Origin: Octopus vulgaris
Taxonomy: Eukaryota
DNA length: 64,000 nt
Assembly (NCBI GenBank): GCA_951406725.2
Contig: OX597821.1
Location: 6,758,001-6,822,000, forward strand
Direction: 5' to 3'
The notes under the pieces are model-generated. The model did no database searches. It saw only the letters and a list, made by a program, of their open reading frames with translations, and was not told the origin of the DNA. This document shows positions 13,362 through 28,977 of the stretch, piece by piece. The position numbers and the translations under genes are program-made. The number at the start of each line of letters is the position of its first letter. Position 1 is the stretch's first letter.

Positions 13362-13412
13362 ATGAATGTATGTATGTATGTATGTATATATGTATATATG
13401 TATGTATGTATG

Positions 13413-13446
<34 letters not shown>

Positions 13447-13628
13447 TGTATGTATGTATGTATGTGTGTATGTATGTATGTGCGTGTGTGTGTATGTATG
13501 TGTGCGTGTGTATGTATATGTGTGCGTGTGTCTATGTATAAACACACATATGTATATGTATATATATATATGTGTGTGTGTGTTCACACACAAACACACA
13601 TGCATATATGTATATATGTGTTTGTATG

Positions 13629-13660
<32 letters not shown>

Positions 13661-13979
13661 AGCACATATGCATATATGTATATATGTGTTTATATATGTT
13701 TTTTTACTTGTTGCCTCTCAAGCCACGGCTGGCTCATTAGGGCCAGTTTCCCAGTTTCCTTGGCGTATAGGTTCCCCACCCGGACGGGACGCCGGTCCGT
13801 CGCAAGAGGTGTTTATATATACATACATTTATATACATAGATATGTGTGTGTGTACATACAGGCATACATCCATCCATACTCCTAGTAATCTCAGTACAA
13901 CCACATAATTGCGCGCGTGCGTAAGTGTATGTATGTGTGTGCGTGTGTATTCATTGTGAATGTATGCATATATGTGTGC

Positions 13980-14120
<141 letters not shown>

Positions 14121-14176
14121 ACTATCAATATATATATATATCTGTCTGTCTGTCTGTCTCTCTCTCTCTGTCTCTC

Positions 14177-14288
<112 letters not shown>

Positions 14289-14535
14289 TCTGTCTATCTG
14301 CGTGTCTGCCTGTCTGTTTTGATATCTATTATTTTATATATATATAATTGAAAACTGTAACTGTCAATAAGTGATAATTTTCGTTGTCTTAAAAATGCTG
14401 CTCTATATAATGGTAATTCTGTTCAATTCTCCAGACATACCTTGTGGAACTACCTGGGGCAGCAGGGAAACTGAGAGTGTGTGATAAATATATCATAAAT
14501 ATTTAATTTTGGAAAACATTGGGCAAAAGGCCTAC

Positions 14536-14799
14536 CTTATCAACACACTTAGGTAATGTCTTCAACCAAGTTATGAGCATCTCGTATCTGGCCTGTTCCT
14601 CGTTGTAATCACTGGCTTTTGCATTTCTCCATATTGCTTGCAGTCTTATTTGACTGATGTTCAAATATTGACTGAGTCTTCGCCATTCATCGCCAAGTTC
14701 AACGGCCAATTGTTGCATCAAAATTTCATTCACCGGATCGTCTCTGTTCCGTATAACAACCTGGGCCCGGATGGGAATAGGGTTCGGTGGTATGTGTGT
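14536..14799 (-). CDS. DTHD1: DTHD1-like coding exon 10 (Death domain)
   Basis: ttcctcttcag|ACA...AAG|gtaggc, phase 0-0. LAVELGDEWRRLSQYLNISQIRLQAI...EEQARYEMLITW is a typical Death-domain signature. Confidence 0.92.
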
Positions 14800-15171
14800 C
14801 TGAAGAGGAAAAAAAAAACAGCAAGATAAATTTATATACATACATACATACATACATACATACATACATACATACATACATACATACATACATACATACA
14901 TACATACATGCATACATACATACATACATACATACATACATACATACATACATCAATACATACATACATACATACATACATACATACATACATACATACA
15001 TACATACATACATACATACATACATACATAGATACATACATACATACGTATATGCATACATACATACATACATGCATACATACATCAATACATACATACA
15101 TACATACATACATACATACATACATACATACATACATACATACATACATACATACATACATACATACATAA

Positions 15172-15202
<31 letters not shown>

Positions 15203-15264
15203 GATACATACATACATACGTATATGCATACATACATACATACATGCATACATACATAAATACA

Positions 15265-15295
<31 letters not shown>

Positions 15296-15342
15296 GTATA
15301 CACACATACATACATACATACATACATACATACATACATACA

Positions 15343-15374
<32 letters not shown>

Positions 15375-15431
15375 CACGCATACATACATATATATAGATG
15401 CATACATGCATGCTAACTTACACACACAAAC

Positions 15432-15485
<54 letters not shown>

Positions 15486-15899
15486 TTAGAAGCAGCTCTG
15501 TAATATAAACATTATCGATCCCAATTTATCTGTATTGCTAAAAGCCTTTTGCTTGCTGTATTTCGTCCATGGAGAAACTCTTGAAGGACGGAGTGTGTTG
15601 AAGAAAACAATCTAATTGAAAGTAGGCGAAACAAGTCGTTCCGGAGGTGAACACAAACGACAGATATCGACCTTTCACTGCTATTTCAGCTCACTCGTGC
15701 CTTATACTAGATTCAACCTCAGCACGAATTCAAAAAACGTGAAAAGTGTATATACTTCGTGTCAGCGATTTGGTTTCATCAATGATCTGGAACCGACGAG
15801 GCAAAATACCGATGTCTCTCGTTTTCATTCACCTCCGAGGTGATTTATTTTGCCAGACCCTGGATTATACTGTGTTTTCAAAATAATAAAAATAATAAA

Positions 15900-16145
15900 T
15901 GCGCCCTTTTAAAGCCTTACCAGGCTCATGGGCTCAGTTTCCCAGTTTCTATGGCGTATGTGTTCCCCAGCTGGACGTAACGCCAGTCCATCGCAGCGTT
16001 ACTCATTTTTGCCAGCCGAGTGGACTGAAGCAAAGTGAAACGAAGTGTTTTGCTCAAGAACACAACGCGTGGCCCGGTCAAGGAATCGAAACCACAATCT
16101 TACGATCATGATGCTGACACCCTAACCACTAAGCCACGCGCCTCT
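15900..16145 (-). mobile_element. tRNA-derived SINE family C
   Basis: Minus strand GGCGCGTGGCTTAGTGGTTAG...GGTTTCGATTCC head followed by a TTGTGTTCTTGAGCAAAACACTT core. Relatives at about 19730-19900, 33090-33325 and 47460-47630. Confidence 0.75.
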
Positions 16146-16740
16146 ACTGTTTTCAAAATACTTCGTCTTTAAAGAGACAAACCGTTACAACTAAAAAGCG
16201 TTTAACAGACAGACAGACAGACAGGTATGTTTATTACCGAGAGAGGTAGTATTAATAAGGTGAGGTAGTACTTATCTCCACCGAAACGTGAAAGTTTTGT
16301 TAGAACAAAATATACTACAATAGATAGCACGAGAGAAGCTCTCATACTGGCTTTTGGTGCAAGATGCACTCTTGTTCATGTCACTGACGGAGGAGTAAAT
16401 AAATCCTCGCTATCTCCAACGCCGAGACCACTAGGTCACGTGATTTCGACCTTCAATAGTCTCGTCAATGATGGACGCTCACCGCTAGAAATAGCAGCGA
16501 TTTCTCTTTCTGATTAGCGATATATATATATATATATTCTTTTACTCTTTTACTTGTTTCAGTCATTTGACTGTGGCCATGCTGGAGCACCGCCTTTAGC
16601 CAAGCAAATCGCCCCCAGGACTTATTCTTTGGAAGCCTAGTACTTATACTATCGGTCTCTTCTGCCGAACCGCTAAGTTACGGGGACGTAAACACACCAG
16701 CATCGGTTGTCAAGCGATGTGGGTGGGGGACAAACACACA

Positions 16741-16826
<86 letters not shown>

Positions 16827-16959
16827 TATGACGGGCTTTTTTCAGTTTCCGTCTACCAAGTCCACTCACAAGGCTTTGGTCGGCCCAAGGCTATAGTAGA
16901 AGACACTTGGCCAAGGTGCCACGCAGTGATATATATATATATATATATATATACATACC

Positions 16960-17012
<53 letters not shown>

Positions 17013-17017
17013 ATACA

Positions 17018-17081
<64 letters not shown>

Positions 17082-17456
17082 AACAGTTCCAGGAGAGGCG
17101 TTGGTGTCGCTATTAACCAGTGAGGTTGTTAAAAAATGTATATTAGCAACGGAGAGAAAATTAATACCGAGAGGTAATATTTATCTTCACTTAAAAGTGG
17201 ATGTGGTGTCATAGTAGATATTTCAGGAATTGTGTATTCTGGACAACTTTATCTAATGAATGTGTCATTTTATTAGGCTGTAGAGTGTAATCCGAGGTAG
17301 CTTTGCTGCTATTTCTAACTAATCAAACGACTGCGTATATAAGGTACTGAATTCTACTCTAATAAAGAAAAAAAAATGAAGGCGATAGAGTAATGCGCCT
17401 TGTTTCAAGGGAAATAACTCCTAATTACATTTTTAGCGTTACTGAAGTTTGTCGAG

Positions 17457-17515
<59 letters not shown>

Positions 17516-17955
17516 CGTAGTAGTAATAGGAAGTGGGCAAATTGATGAATGAGCAATGCATCTAGTACAAGGGACAACAATTGAGCGATCGGGGCTTCAC
17601 TGCCCAGTTTGTTATGGAAGACGTTTGCAGTCATTGGAACGAGAGGAAAGGAAGAAGGAGGAGGTAAAGAATGATGCACAACCACCCGTTTTCGGCCTAA
17701 CAAAAACTTAACCCTAAGCATAAAGCTAAACCTAAACACAGGGTAAGCGTATTGATTAACCTTCGCCAGGAACAAAGCGTGTCTGTGCGCCGCAGGATAG
17801 GAGATGCAGAGGGAAAGAGCCTTTTGATGATGCAACAAAACAGGGGAGGTAAGCGAGAAGCCAACAGGAGATATGACTGATATACAGGGCAGAATTAAAA
17901 CTATAAATCTGGACCAAGATTTAAGGCAAAATTAAAGGAGCGGCTAACACGTGAA

Positions 17956-17986
<31 letters not shown>

Positions 17987-17990
17987 GTAT

Positions 17991-18021
<31 letters not shown>

Positions 18022-18047
18022 CATACATACATATACATATATCTATA

Positions 18048-18105
<58 letters not shown>

Positions 18106-18338
18106 ACTTCGTCGTTTCAACCAGTTAAGCCACCGTCCGACAGTCCGTCGATGTCAACAACATTCATGTATAAGAACAATAACTGTGTACTCTACAAAAG
18201 TTTTGAGTAACCCATCAGATTCATGTAAAATTGATTTTATTAAAACAAAATATAAAAACAACCATTAATGTCTGTCTGCCCATCCATCAATCCATCCGTC
18301 CGTCTGTCCATATACCTATCTATCTATCTATTTGTCTG

Positions 18339-18402
<64 letters not shown>

Positions 18403-18422
18403 CCTACCCACCTGTCTCCCTG

Positions 18423-18502
<80 letters not shown>

Positions 18503-18894
18503 GCTAGCTAGCTAGCTAGCTAGCTAGCTAGCTACCTATCTAAGTTTAAAAACACATATTAAATGTAAGCAGATTGAAATGGATAACACCCAAATTGTCG
18601 CCACATCCTCATCAGTTATCGGCCAAAGGATCAACGCAATTTCTCGCCCTCGACGTGTGTGTGTGCGCGCGCGTGCGTGCGCGTGCGTGTGTGTATAAAG
18701 CTATATTTCTGTACTACGCTGTGTTGAGCACGTCCAGAATTACTGATTACGCGATAGCAACATCAGTAGAAATGTATATGATAATGAATTCCAATTTCTG
18801 TATCTGATATATATGAGCCATAACACAGGCGGTTATATATATATATACATACACACACACACACACATATATATATATACATATATATATATGC

Positions 18895-18948
<54 letters not shown>

Positions 18949-19055
18949 TTATGTATAATATCATTGGTATCGTGTAGTGTTTTAATAAAGTATATGATTC
19001 GGTATTATCTGATAGTTGATGATTGATTTAGATATATTTCTCCATTTTCTCATTT

Positions 19056-19091
<36 letters not shown>

Positions 19092-19595
19092 TATATATAT
19101 TTATAAATATATACGCGTATATATATATAGATATATAGATATATGCATGCAGAGCGTGAGTGTGTGATGTGCATGCATGCGTGTGTGTGTGTGTGTGTGT
19201 ATGTGTGTGTGTGTGTGTATGTGTGTGTGTGTGTGTGTGTGTGTCTGTGTGTGTGTGTACAGGCGCGAATGGACCTTCTTCAGTTTCACCGTGACTATTC
19301 ATTTTTTTCGATCACATGAAACACTTCTGTACATTTGGTATGTAAGTGGCTGAATACTCCGGTGATACGCGTAACCTTATCATAATTATCCGTTAGAATT
19401 ATGTTAAGGTTACAGGTACAATCCATCATACAGGCTGCTGCACAGTTTCCATCAACTGATTCTTCACTCACATAAACTTGGTGCAACCCGAAGCAATGGA
19501 AAAAGACATCTCACCAAGATGCCATGTCGAACAAATAACAACTCTGTCTCTCTCTCTGTCTCTCTTTCTCTCTCTCTTTCTCTCTCTCTTTTTTT

Positions 19596-19628
<33 letters not shown>

Positions 19629-19952
19629 ATCTATATCACGTAACAAGTGACCGATGAGACTATGGAATGTTGTTATACATCGCTGGTTACAATACACTTT
19701 ACACCGTTTTAGCTTTTGAATGACGCCACCCCGCTAGCTCAGCGAGGAGGCCAACATTACCCACCCCCTGATCGAAAGGGGCACTGGAGCAACATTAAAG
19801 GAAGTGTTTTGCCCAAGAACACAGCGCACTGCCCGGTCTGGGAATCGATCCCCTCGATCTAACGATCGTGAGACCAAAAGCCTAACCACTAGTCCACGTA
19901 CCTTCAAACACACACACACACACACACACAGCATGCACATACACACTGACAA

Positions 19953-20008
<56 letters not shown>

Positions 20009-20043
20009 CATACACACACAAATTTGTCTAATATTTTCATTAC

Positions 20044-20473
20044 TTTTGGAATAGTCATCAGAATTTCCGTGAGAAGCTCCAAAGAGGTTTCTGGTTCAAT
20101 CTCAGGTAATTCTTGACTTTCTTCATCGGGCTTCACTTTTTTCCTCACTTCTGGAAGAAGCAGATTACGTCGGAAAAGTCTTAGAAATCCTCTGAAAATT
20201 GGGAAATTCCTCTGAAGATATCTGTCTACTTCAAGAATCGTGAAGTCCACCGAAGACTTCAAGTTGGAATTGTATATGAAGCTATTACTTTCAGGGCTTG
20301 AGTTCCTTAAATTTCCTCGGAAGTTGATTTCCATGAATTGTCCTTCTTCAACGCTGATAATTGGGGAACTGTCTGGACCGTTACTAAAACCTAGTTCCTT
20401 TAGTTTGCTGATGGTCCAAGTGGCTTTCGTGACCGGAACCACGTGAAAAGTAACTTGAAGATGATTCCATATA
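20044..20473 (-). CDS. DTHD1: DTHD1-like coding exon 9 (UPA-like domain)
   Basis: atttccag|T...AAA|gtaatg, phase 2-0. Translates IWNHLQVTFHVVPV...GFSNGPDSSPIISVEEGQFMEINFRGNL...EVDRYLQRNFPIFRGFLRLF...LMTIPK, matching recalled DTHD1 motifs EG-x-x-F-x-GN and EVD...G. Confidence 0.9.
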
Positions 20474-21248
20474 CTGGAAATAAGAATATGGAAACTAATA
20501 CAGTTTTGGGTTATTTATGCATTTTTAAATCTAATTAATTATTTTAAAAATTTGGATAGAACACTCTTAGGGCATGTTTGATAATTATGTTGTTGCAATG
20601 CGACAGACAGACAAACAGATAGATATAGGGATGAAACCCGTTGTATATATCCATACGATGGGCTTCATACAGTTTCTGTTGACCGCATCCAGTCATAATA
20701 GCATTGGTCAGCCTGGAGCTCTACTAGTTGGCATTCATCTAATGCTAGCTGGAAGTGAGAGAGCGATTCAGAAGCGAACTTCATAATCACACACTTATGT
20801 TTGCACCTTATACAGACAGACAGACAGACAGACACCTGCATATGCATACATACATGCATACATATATGCATACATACGTACATACATACATGCATACATA
20901 TCCACATATATATATACATGCATACGTACATACATACATACATGCATAAATACATACATACATACTCACACATACATCTGCACGTGCACACATACACACA
21001 TACATACATATATACATACATACATGAATATATGCATACACACTTACATGCATATATACATACATACATGAATATATGCATACACATATATATACATAAA
21101 GACATCTGCACATGCATACATACATACATACATACATGCATACATACACGCATGCATAAAGACATACACGCATAGCACATACATGCATAATACACATACA
21201 TATATACATGCATACATACATGCATACACGCATACATACATACATACA

Positions 21249-21282
<34 letters not shown>

Positions 21283-21575
21283 CGTGCATGTATACATACA
21301 TACACACATACATACATCTTCACGTGCATACATACACACATACATACATATATACATACATACATGAATATATGCATACACATTTACATGCATACACACA
21401 TACATATATACATACAAACATACATACATACATATATGCGTGCGTGTATGTATGTATATGTGAGTGTGCACGTATGCGTCTATGTGTACGCGCGTGTGTG
21501 TGTGTGTGTGTATGCAGATGCGGGTAAATTCCCTCCTACATTAGCCAATTCGTGTATAACCCATTCTGTTCTTAC

Positions 21576-21689
21576 TTCTGTTTGGCAATCACTTGCACCA
21601 GTCTTTCGCCGAGGTGTCTCTCGATTTTCATGGCCATTTTCGCTGCCTGTTCCTCGTCCACCGTTACTCTTGTACGCAGAACCATAAAT
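21576..21689 (-). CDS. DTHD1: DTHD1-like coding exon 8
   Basis: tctttgtttag|A...AA|gtaag, phase 2-2. Translates FMVLRTRVTVDEEQAAKMAMKIERHLGERLVQVIAKQ. Confidence 0.85.
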
Positions 21690-21869
21690 CTAAACAAAGA
21701 GAGAGAAAAAACACTTTGAATTTATGTGTGTGTATGTGCGCCTGTATGGCTTAGCTGGCCGACACTTCGAAGTCACTGCCAACAACATTTTTGTAGAAGA
21801 AAAGTATAGAGTAAGTCATCAGATTAATGTAAAATTGTTTTTATCGTAACTGAACATAATAATAACAGT

Positions 21870-21963
<94 letters not shown>

Positions 21964-22245
21964 TGTTATATTTCGGAATGATCATTTTGCCAGTTTAGCC
22001 AATAAAAACACACGCACTATATATTTGGTGTTACTTTGCTTCAGTGTTATTTATTTTTTACATTAATCTTAATCTTATTTCGGCCAGAGTTCTTTCGTCA
22101 CACTCCTGTGACCGCATCAGTGGTCCTTTGTTTTCTTCTTTCTTATTGGCTAAACTGGCAAAATGACCATTCCGAAATATAACAATATCTGTTTCAACAA
22201 CATGACTTCACATAAAAAAAAATCTTGCACAACAAATATATAAAC

Positions 22246-22371
<126 letters not shown>

Positions 22372-22404
22372 CATATATATACATATACATATATATATAT
22401 ATAT

Positions 22405-22507
<103 letters not shown>

Positions 22508-22539
22508 CATGTATTTGTGTAATATTATATACATTTACA

Positions 22540-22750
22540 GGCGGCGAGCTGGCGGAAGCGTTAGCACGCCTGGTGAAATGCTTAGCGGTATTTTGTTGCC
22601 GTTACGTTCTGAGTTCAAATTCCACCGAGGTCGACTTTGCCTTTCATCCTTTCGGGTTCGATAAATTAAGTACCAGTTGCGTATTGGGGTCGATCTAATC
22701 AACTGATCCCCTCCCCCAGAATTTCGGGCCTTGTGCCTTGAGTAAGAAAA
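22540..22750 (+). mobile_element. tRNA-derived CORE-like SINE family B, representative
   Basis: GGCGGCGAGCTGGC...GAGTTCAAATTCC...GCCTTTCATCCTTTCGGG. Other copies at about 1335-1555, 3527-3730, 12123-12335, 26040-26440 (tandem), 44880-45107, 49200-49380, 53100-53315, 56570-56880 and 62460-63370. Confidence 0.85.
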
Positions 22751-23479
22751 GATTATACACATTTATATTTCTATATATATACAAATATAAAGTAGTACTC
22801 AACATAAAAAGCAGAATTAGTAAAAAGGCCGGAAATTTTGAGGGATGGGTTAAGTCGATTACATTGAGCCCAGTACATATAATACCAAGTATTACTTCAT
22901 CGACCTTGAAAGGATAAAAGATGAAGTTGACATTGGCAAAATTTGAACTCAGAACTAAAGACTGATGAATGCTACTAAACATGTTTGTGTGGCATGCTAA
23001 CTATTCTGCCAGATCACCGATTTTTATAAAGGGTTGTCAAAATGATAGTATTTTTAAAAATGGGGACTTTGGTTTTAATACATCATTATGAGTAGTTTTT
23101 CAGCACCGCACTACAATACGACTAAATATTCTATTACAATATACAATCTTATATGGGTACCGGCTTGGCCCGCTAGACATATCTCACTAATCCACTTAAG
23201 TGTGGACATATTCTGGTATCATATGAACCAGTCCTCAACTAAAATGTCAAATAGGGCCTGTGGTACAAAAGCAAGCCCCGGAAAGCAGGAATCTACAGTC
23301 TTTGGTATAAAGATCCATGAATGCCAACGTCTGTAGGGATGACACATGAAGGGAGACATAGTTATAATATATTCGGCCATTGATCAGGTACCCAAGGGTT
23401 GGTTTACCAAGACCCTCCAGTCCCCTCTGTATTGTTCTACATGCATGCAATCGACTAGGCTCTTGTATCTAGTTCATTT

Positions 23480-23720
23480 TTCGGTGTTAATTCACAAACG
23501 TCTTTGATCTCTTCCCATCCACACTTTCTGTCTAATTAGTTTTGAGTATTGACACATGACGCATTGTATGTTCAAAATAAGTCAGCTTTGTGGACTTGAT
23601 TCTCGATAATAAGTGTCTTTGTACTGTTAGCTTTTCTGGTACTGCAGCATTTGTTACCCACTCTTTCCAGTTTATTCGGCCCAAACTTTGAAAGATCCAT
23701 ATTAAGCTTATTGATATTGA
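23480..23720 (-). mobile_element. Decayed RTE (BovB-like) LINE fragment
   Basis: Minus strand reads WKEWVTNAAVPEKL...LLSRIKSTKLTYFEHTMRH...VDGKRSK, resembling the RTE C-terminal W..TN..V / KL.YFGH..R / GKR motifs. Confidence 0.6.
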
Positions 23721-24091
23721 GATCCTAAAATTTAAACACTTATAATATTAAATTTAATAGTTGAAATATAATATGATATGGTTGAGAGGATAACTCGATC
23801 GACATAAACGAAAATGTAAGCGATAAAGTAAAGAAATTGTATGGGAAAACGGTATACATGGAGTAGACAAGGAGAAAGAGCAAGAAGGAAATAGAGAAAC
23901 ACGAAAGAAAAGGCAGAAGAGCAGTGAAGAAAAGGAATGAAATTAGAAAAATAAAAATGAGAGAACGAAAGTATAAAGATAAAAAGATAGAAAGGCAGAG
24001 AGGTGAAAAGGAAAGAAAGTAGAAAAGGAGAAAAGGAGAAGACGTAGACAGAACGACACCTGACATGATATATCTTCAGTTACAATAGTGG

Positions 24092-24230
<139 letters not shown>

Positions 24231-24255
24231 ACACACACACACAAACACACACACA

Positions 24256-24330
<75 letters not shown>

Positions 24331-25821
24331 TAGGGGGAATAAAAGAATTAGGCTTATAAACATGAAATACGTTACTACTGAATATTTCTATAGATTTTAA
24401 CCAATGTTATACATAAAAGACAGATATAGACACATTGTCATTATATACACTACCTTCATGGACATAACAAGAAGGATCAGCTGTTCTAGTTTCAATCCTG
24501 TGTTGGGATATCATCGACAACCAAGTGTCATCTCTAACCATCAATGGAAAATTTTTTTTAATCAACCAATACTAATTAGCGTTTAAGTTAATCTGTTAGA
24601 TTAATTTGCATGTTTGATGCATTCTTGGTAGCGAGTTACCTCTTTTTATATTCACAAAGATACTATATATAAAGACAAGATGCTTGCATCTGCGTACTAC
24701 ACACAGAATTGTGTGTGTGCGTGCGTCCATCAATGTGCTTGCATGTGTATGTATGTATATATATATATATATATATACAGAGAGAGAGAGAGAGTGGATG
24801 GAGGGAGGGAGATGGCTATTATAGTCAGAGCAGTTGATAAAGTGTAATAGTGATGTACAAAATTCAACAGTACAAAAAGAAAACAATACCAAAGAAACTA
24901 AACAGTAACAGCATTCAAATTCTTTTCCCAATTATGCGAAAATAAAGTCAATTCACCAATAATCTGCATTCCAAAGGTGCTTTTGAACATCAATTAACCA
25001 ATATTGAACCTTTGGCATAAATATGTCGGTTAGGAAGGAGAACACTAAATAATCACCGGACAATTATTTACTGTGCTTAAACGAATTTCCCTAAACGGTT
25101 TTTAGTATCAAAGGTTCTATATAAGTTGTTCAAAGTTGTAGCTGGGAATATATATTCAGTACCAGGCGTTGATATGGCTGCTTGTATATTATTACAAGAG
25201 TTCAGATAGAGATGAAGAATAAATACAAGAACTATATATTTACTACATATATTTTATTTACTGGTCGATGATGATACATAATCAAAATGTAGACTCTATT
25301 TGAATGAAGTAATCTATGCAAGAAATTTCGGAGATAGGAAATATTGAAATAACAAATAAGTGGCGTAGAGAAATAGACTGACATATCGATGACGTGAATG
25401 GCTATAAATTTAATCGACTAAGAAGCGAAGAGCAGGCTAAGCAAGCTGTTTTTATTAATGCAACGCTAGACATTCTAGAAACTTCCAAGAGAAACGCTAA
25501 GCTTCTTGAGTAATTAAGAATCAGGTCTCATGACACAGATGTTTCGAGAAACTTAGGAAAGGGAGGTTACTCTATGATCTTTCTTGCAAGAGAGCACATT
25601 CAACTATATAGCTACCGCTACAAAGGCCATTTGTATAAGAACTGTGGACTATTGCTAAGCAGGTTTCTTATCTTTGGGAAAATGAAAATAAAATTTATTT
25701 TGTTTTTGTAGTTGTTTTTGTCTGTTTTTGTTTATTGAATTTTTGCACCACTGCACAATTTTACTTTATTTCCGCTCAGTTCTGATCATCCGTTTCCTCC
25801 GTTATATATATATATATATAT

Positions 25822-26036
25822 AGTTAAGTTAATTTAAGTTAAGTTAATTTTGGGGCTCAAAAAGCAAAAAGCAAGGCCATGTAGGAGAACATGGAGTTAT
25901 ATACAGGGTGGTGTTCATGCAAAGAGTTCAGGCCATTTCTGGTAAAGGGAGACTTTGAACCGAGCGGTCGTCGGCATCTTCACTATCTCGTCTGGCAGCT
26001 TATTCCACGGATCCGCAACCCGGACGGAGAAAGCCC
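25822..26036 (-). mobile_element. 3' end of another CR1/L2 LINE
   Basis: Minus strand reads AFSVRVADPWNKLPDEIVKMPTTARFKVSL...ELFA*, followed by a (TTAAC)n-like tail. Confidence 0.75.
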
Positions 26037-26446
26037 CCCTCCTTCTACTACTATAGGTACAAGGCCTGGAGTTTGGTGGGAGGGGGATAGTCGATTACTT
26101 CGATCCCAGTATTCAACTGATACTTAGTCTATCGACCCCGAAAGGATGGAAGATAAAGTCGACCTCGGCGGAATTTGAACTCAGAACGTAGCGATGGGTG
26201 AAATACCTATTTCTTTACTACCCACAAGGGGATAAACACAGAGAGGACAAACAAGGACAAACAAACGGATTAAGTCGATTACATCGACCCCAGTGCGTAA
26301 CTGGTACTTAATTTATCGACCCTGAAAGGATGAAAGGCAAAGTCGACCTCGGCTGAATTTGAACTCAGAACGTAACGGCAGACGAAATACGGTTACGCAT
26401 TTTACCCGGCGTGCTAACGATTCTGCCAGCTCACTGCCTACCTTAT

Positions 26447-26502
<56 letters not shown>

Positions 26503-26520
26503 TGTTGTTGTTGTTGTAAT

Positions 26521-26555
<35 letters not shown>

Positions 26556-26579
26556 TAGTACTAGCAGCAGCAGCAGTAT

Positions 26580-26635
<56 letters not shown>

Positions 26636-27020
26636 ACAAATGCCATGATGCTGTACCAAGCAGTGGCTCGCATGCCTTCTGATCTTAATTGATTGGATGT
26701 GTTATTATATGCATGTTTTGTCTTGGTATAAAAGATGGGCTACAGCAAATATTCTGCTCAATACCACAGATTTGCTTGACGATATGTGCATCTCTGATCA
26801 TGAGCAAGATTAGTGGGAAAGCCTCATAGCCATGTGTTGAGAGGAATTCTTTGGAAACATGTGTGTTTTGTTCATCATCCTTAAGCAACCCTTATTCGGG
26901 AACCTTAACTAAATATCCTCTCCTTTTTTCAGCTCCAGCATTGAAGCTTCAAATCTGACGCAGACAATGAAAATAATCTCGAGATTATAATGAGTATAAA
27001 AGCTTTTTGGGTTACTTTAC

Positions 27021-27150
27021 TTGGTGTAAGGACGCGATAATTCCATTTGAAGTAGGTCCAGTTTGATCTGTGACATCGCAATTTCTTTGACAACGGTCCA
27101 TACTTTACTTCCACAACAGGCGACAAAGTAGAGTTGATCATTTTCATCGT
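27021..27150 (-). CDS. DTHD1: DTHD1-like coding exon 7
   Basis: tttttcacag|AC...AA|gtaaag, phase 1-2. Translates DENDQLYFVACCGSKVWTVVKEIAMSQIKLDLLQMELSRPYT, a different frame from the ORF-track entry here. Confidence 0.85.
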
Positions 27151-27215
27151 CTGTGAAAAAGACGCACAAAGACAGGTTTCAGTACGTTGTACAGAAAGTG
27201 GCACTGAGAGGAGAG

Positions 27216-27281
<66 letters not shown>

Positions 27282-27404
27282 TCATATATACATTTAAGTA
27301 TATATGAGAATGTCTAGATATGTAAAAAGACCCAATAGAATAAGAACCAGATTTAGAAAAGTACTGGATCGATTTGATCGACTAAACCCACCAAGGCGGT
27401 GTCC

Positions 27405-27495
<91 letters not shown>

Positions 27496-27779
27496 GGCGC
27501 AGGCGTGATTTTGTGGTAAGATGTTTGCTTCCCAACCACATGGTTCTAGGTTCAGTCCCACTCTGTGGCACCTTGGGCACATGTCTTCTACTATAGCATC
27601 GAGCCTTGTGAGTGGATTTAGTAGACGGAAACTGAAAGAAGCCCATCGTATAAGTATATGTTAACTGACCCATTTACCTGACATGTAATTGCGCTAATCC
27701 TGCAAGATGCCCTCTAAATGAATTTTGTTTCGCAAAATTTGTTGTGTGACATAACGATATTTTTTTTTTACTAACAATA

Positions 27780-28080
27780 GCTCTACAGAGAAGAAAAATA
27801 CCGACATAATAAGTGAAAATACATTAAAATCCAGTTTAGATCATTCTACACACTCATTCCTAAAAGTCAACAAAAAGACAGACAACAGCTTCTCCAAGTT
27901 CACCTGGTCAATGAAACACCAACTCTCACAAGTTTTAAGCTGAAGTAGACTTTACTAAATCATACACGCAGAATCAACACTGCAAACTGTAAAATTATCA
28001 TCGCCAGAGTTAAAGGACGATCACATTACATGACATTTATAACACGAAACAAAATAGTCAGGGAAAAGGTACGTTAGATA
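27780..28080 (+). mobile_element. Penelope-like GIY-YIG endonuclease remnant
   Basis: ISENTLKSSLDHSTHSFLKVNKKTDNSFSKFTWSMK resembles the Penelope EN consensus TENTFKxRYxNHxxSF...LSKxxWxLK. A weaker remnant lies on the minus strand at about 24930-25220. Confidence 0.45.
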
Positions 28081-28543
28081 ATAATACTAACAACCTACAT
28101 AAAATTGAAAAGAAAACTAGAAAATTAGTAGCGGCTGCTTTGTTAATTGTAAGTACACACGCATATACAGTCACAGAAGCCTAATAATAAACTAAAAACA
28201 ATTAACAGTTTGGCACATTTTAAATCAGGCGATGATGATTTCTTCATAGCTTACATTATTCCCATGTTCTCTCGCTGCCTAATACAAACGTTTCGTAATA
28301 AAAATTCATACTTCGTTATTAGTCTTTTACATTTAGTTTGATCATGAAAAGAATTTATCAAAAATTCATTGATGTGAAATGTAAAAATGATTAAACACTA
28401 ATATAATCACAATCGTGTTTTCTGTACATGATTGAAAGAAGGCGATCACACTCACACATACATACACACGCATGCACACATATTTATGTATAGCTATCTA
28501 TATACATACATACATTCACACATACACATATATGTATACACAC

Positions 28544-28595
<52 letters not shown>

Positions 28596-28736
28596 TGCAC
28601 GCGCACACACACACGTAGCTGTATTGAAAAAGAGACAAAGCCAGAGAGCGAGCGAGCGAGAGAGAGAGAGAGAGAGAAAGAAGGAAAGTAAGAAGTAAAC
28701 AGGGAGAAAAGTAGATGTGTAGGCAGAGAAACATAC

Positions 28737-28799
<63 letters not shown>

Positions 28800-28840
28800 T
28801 AGATAGATAGATAGATATATAGATAGATAGATAGATAGAG

Positions 28841-28915
<75 letters not shown>

Positions 28916-28977
28916 CAGACAGAGAAACAGGCATAGGTAAGTAGATAAGTAGGTAGGTAGGTAGGTAGATAGAAAAC

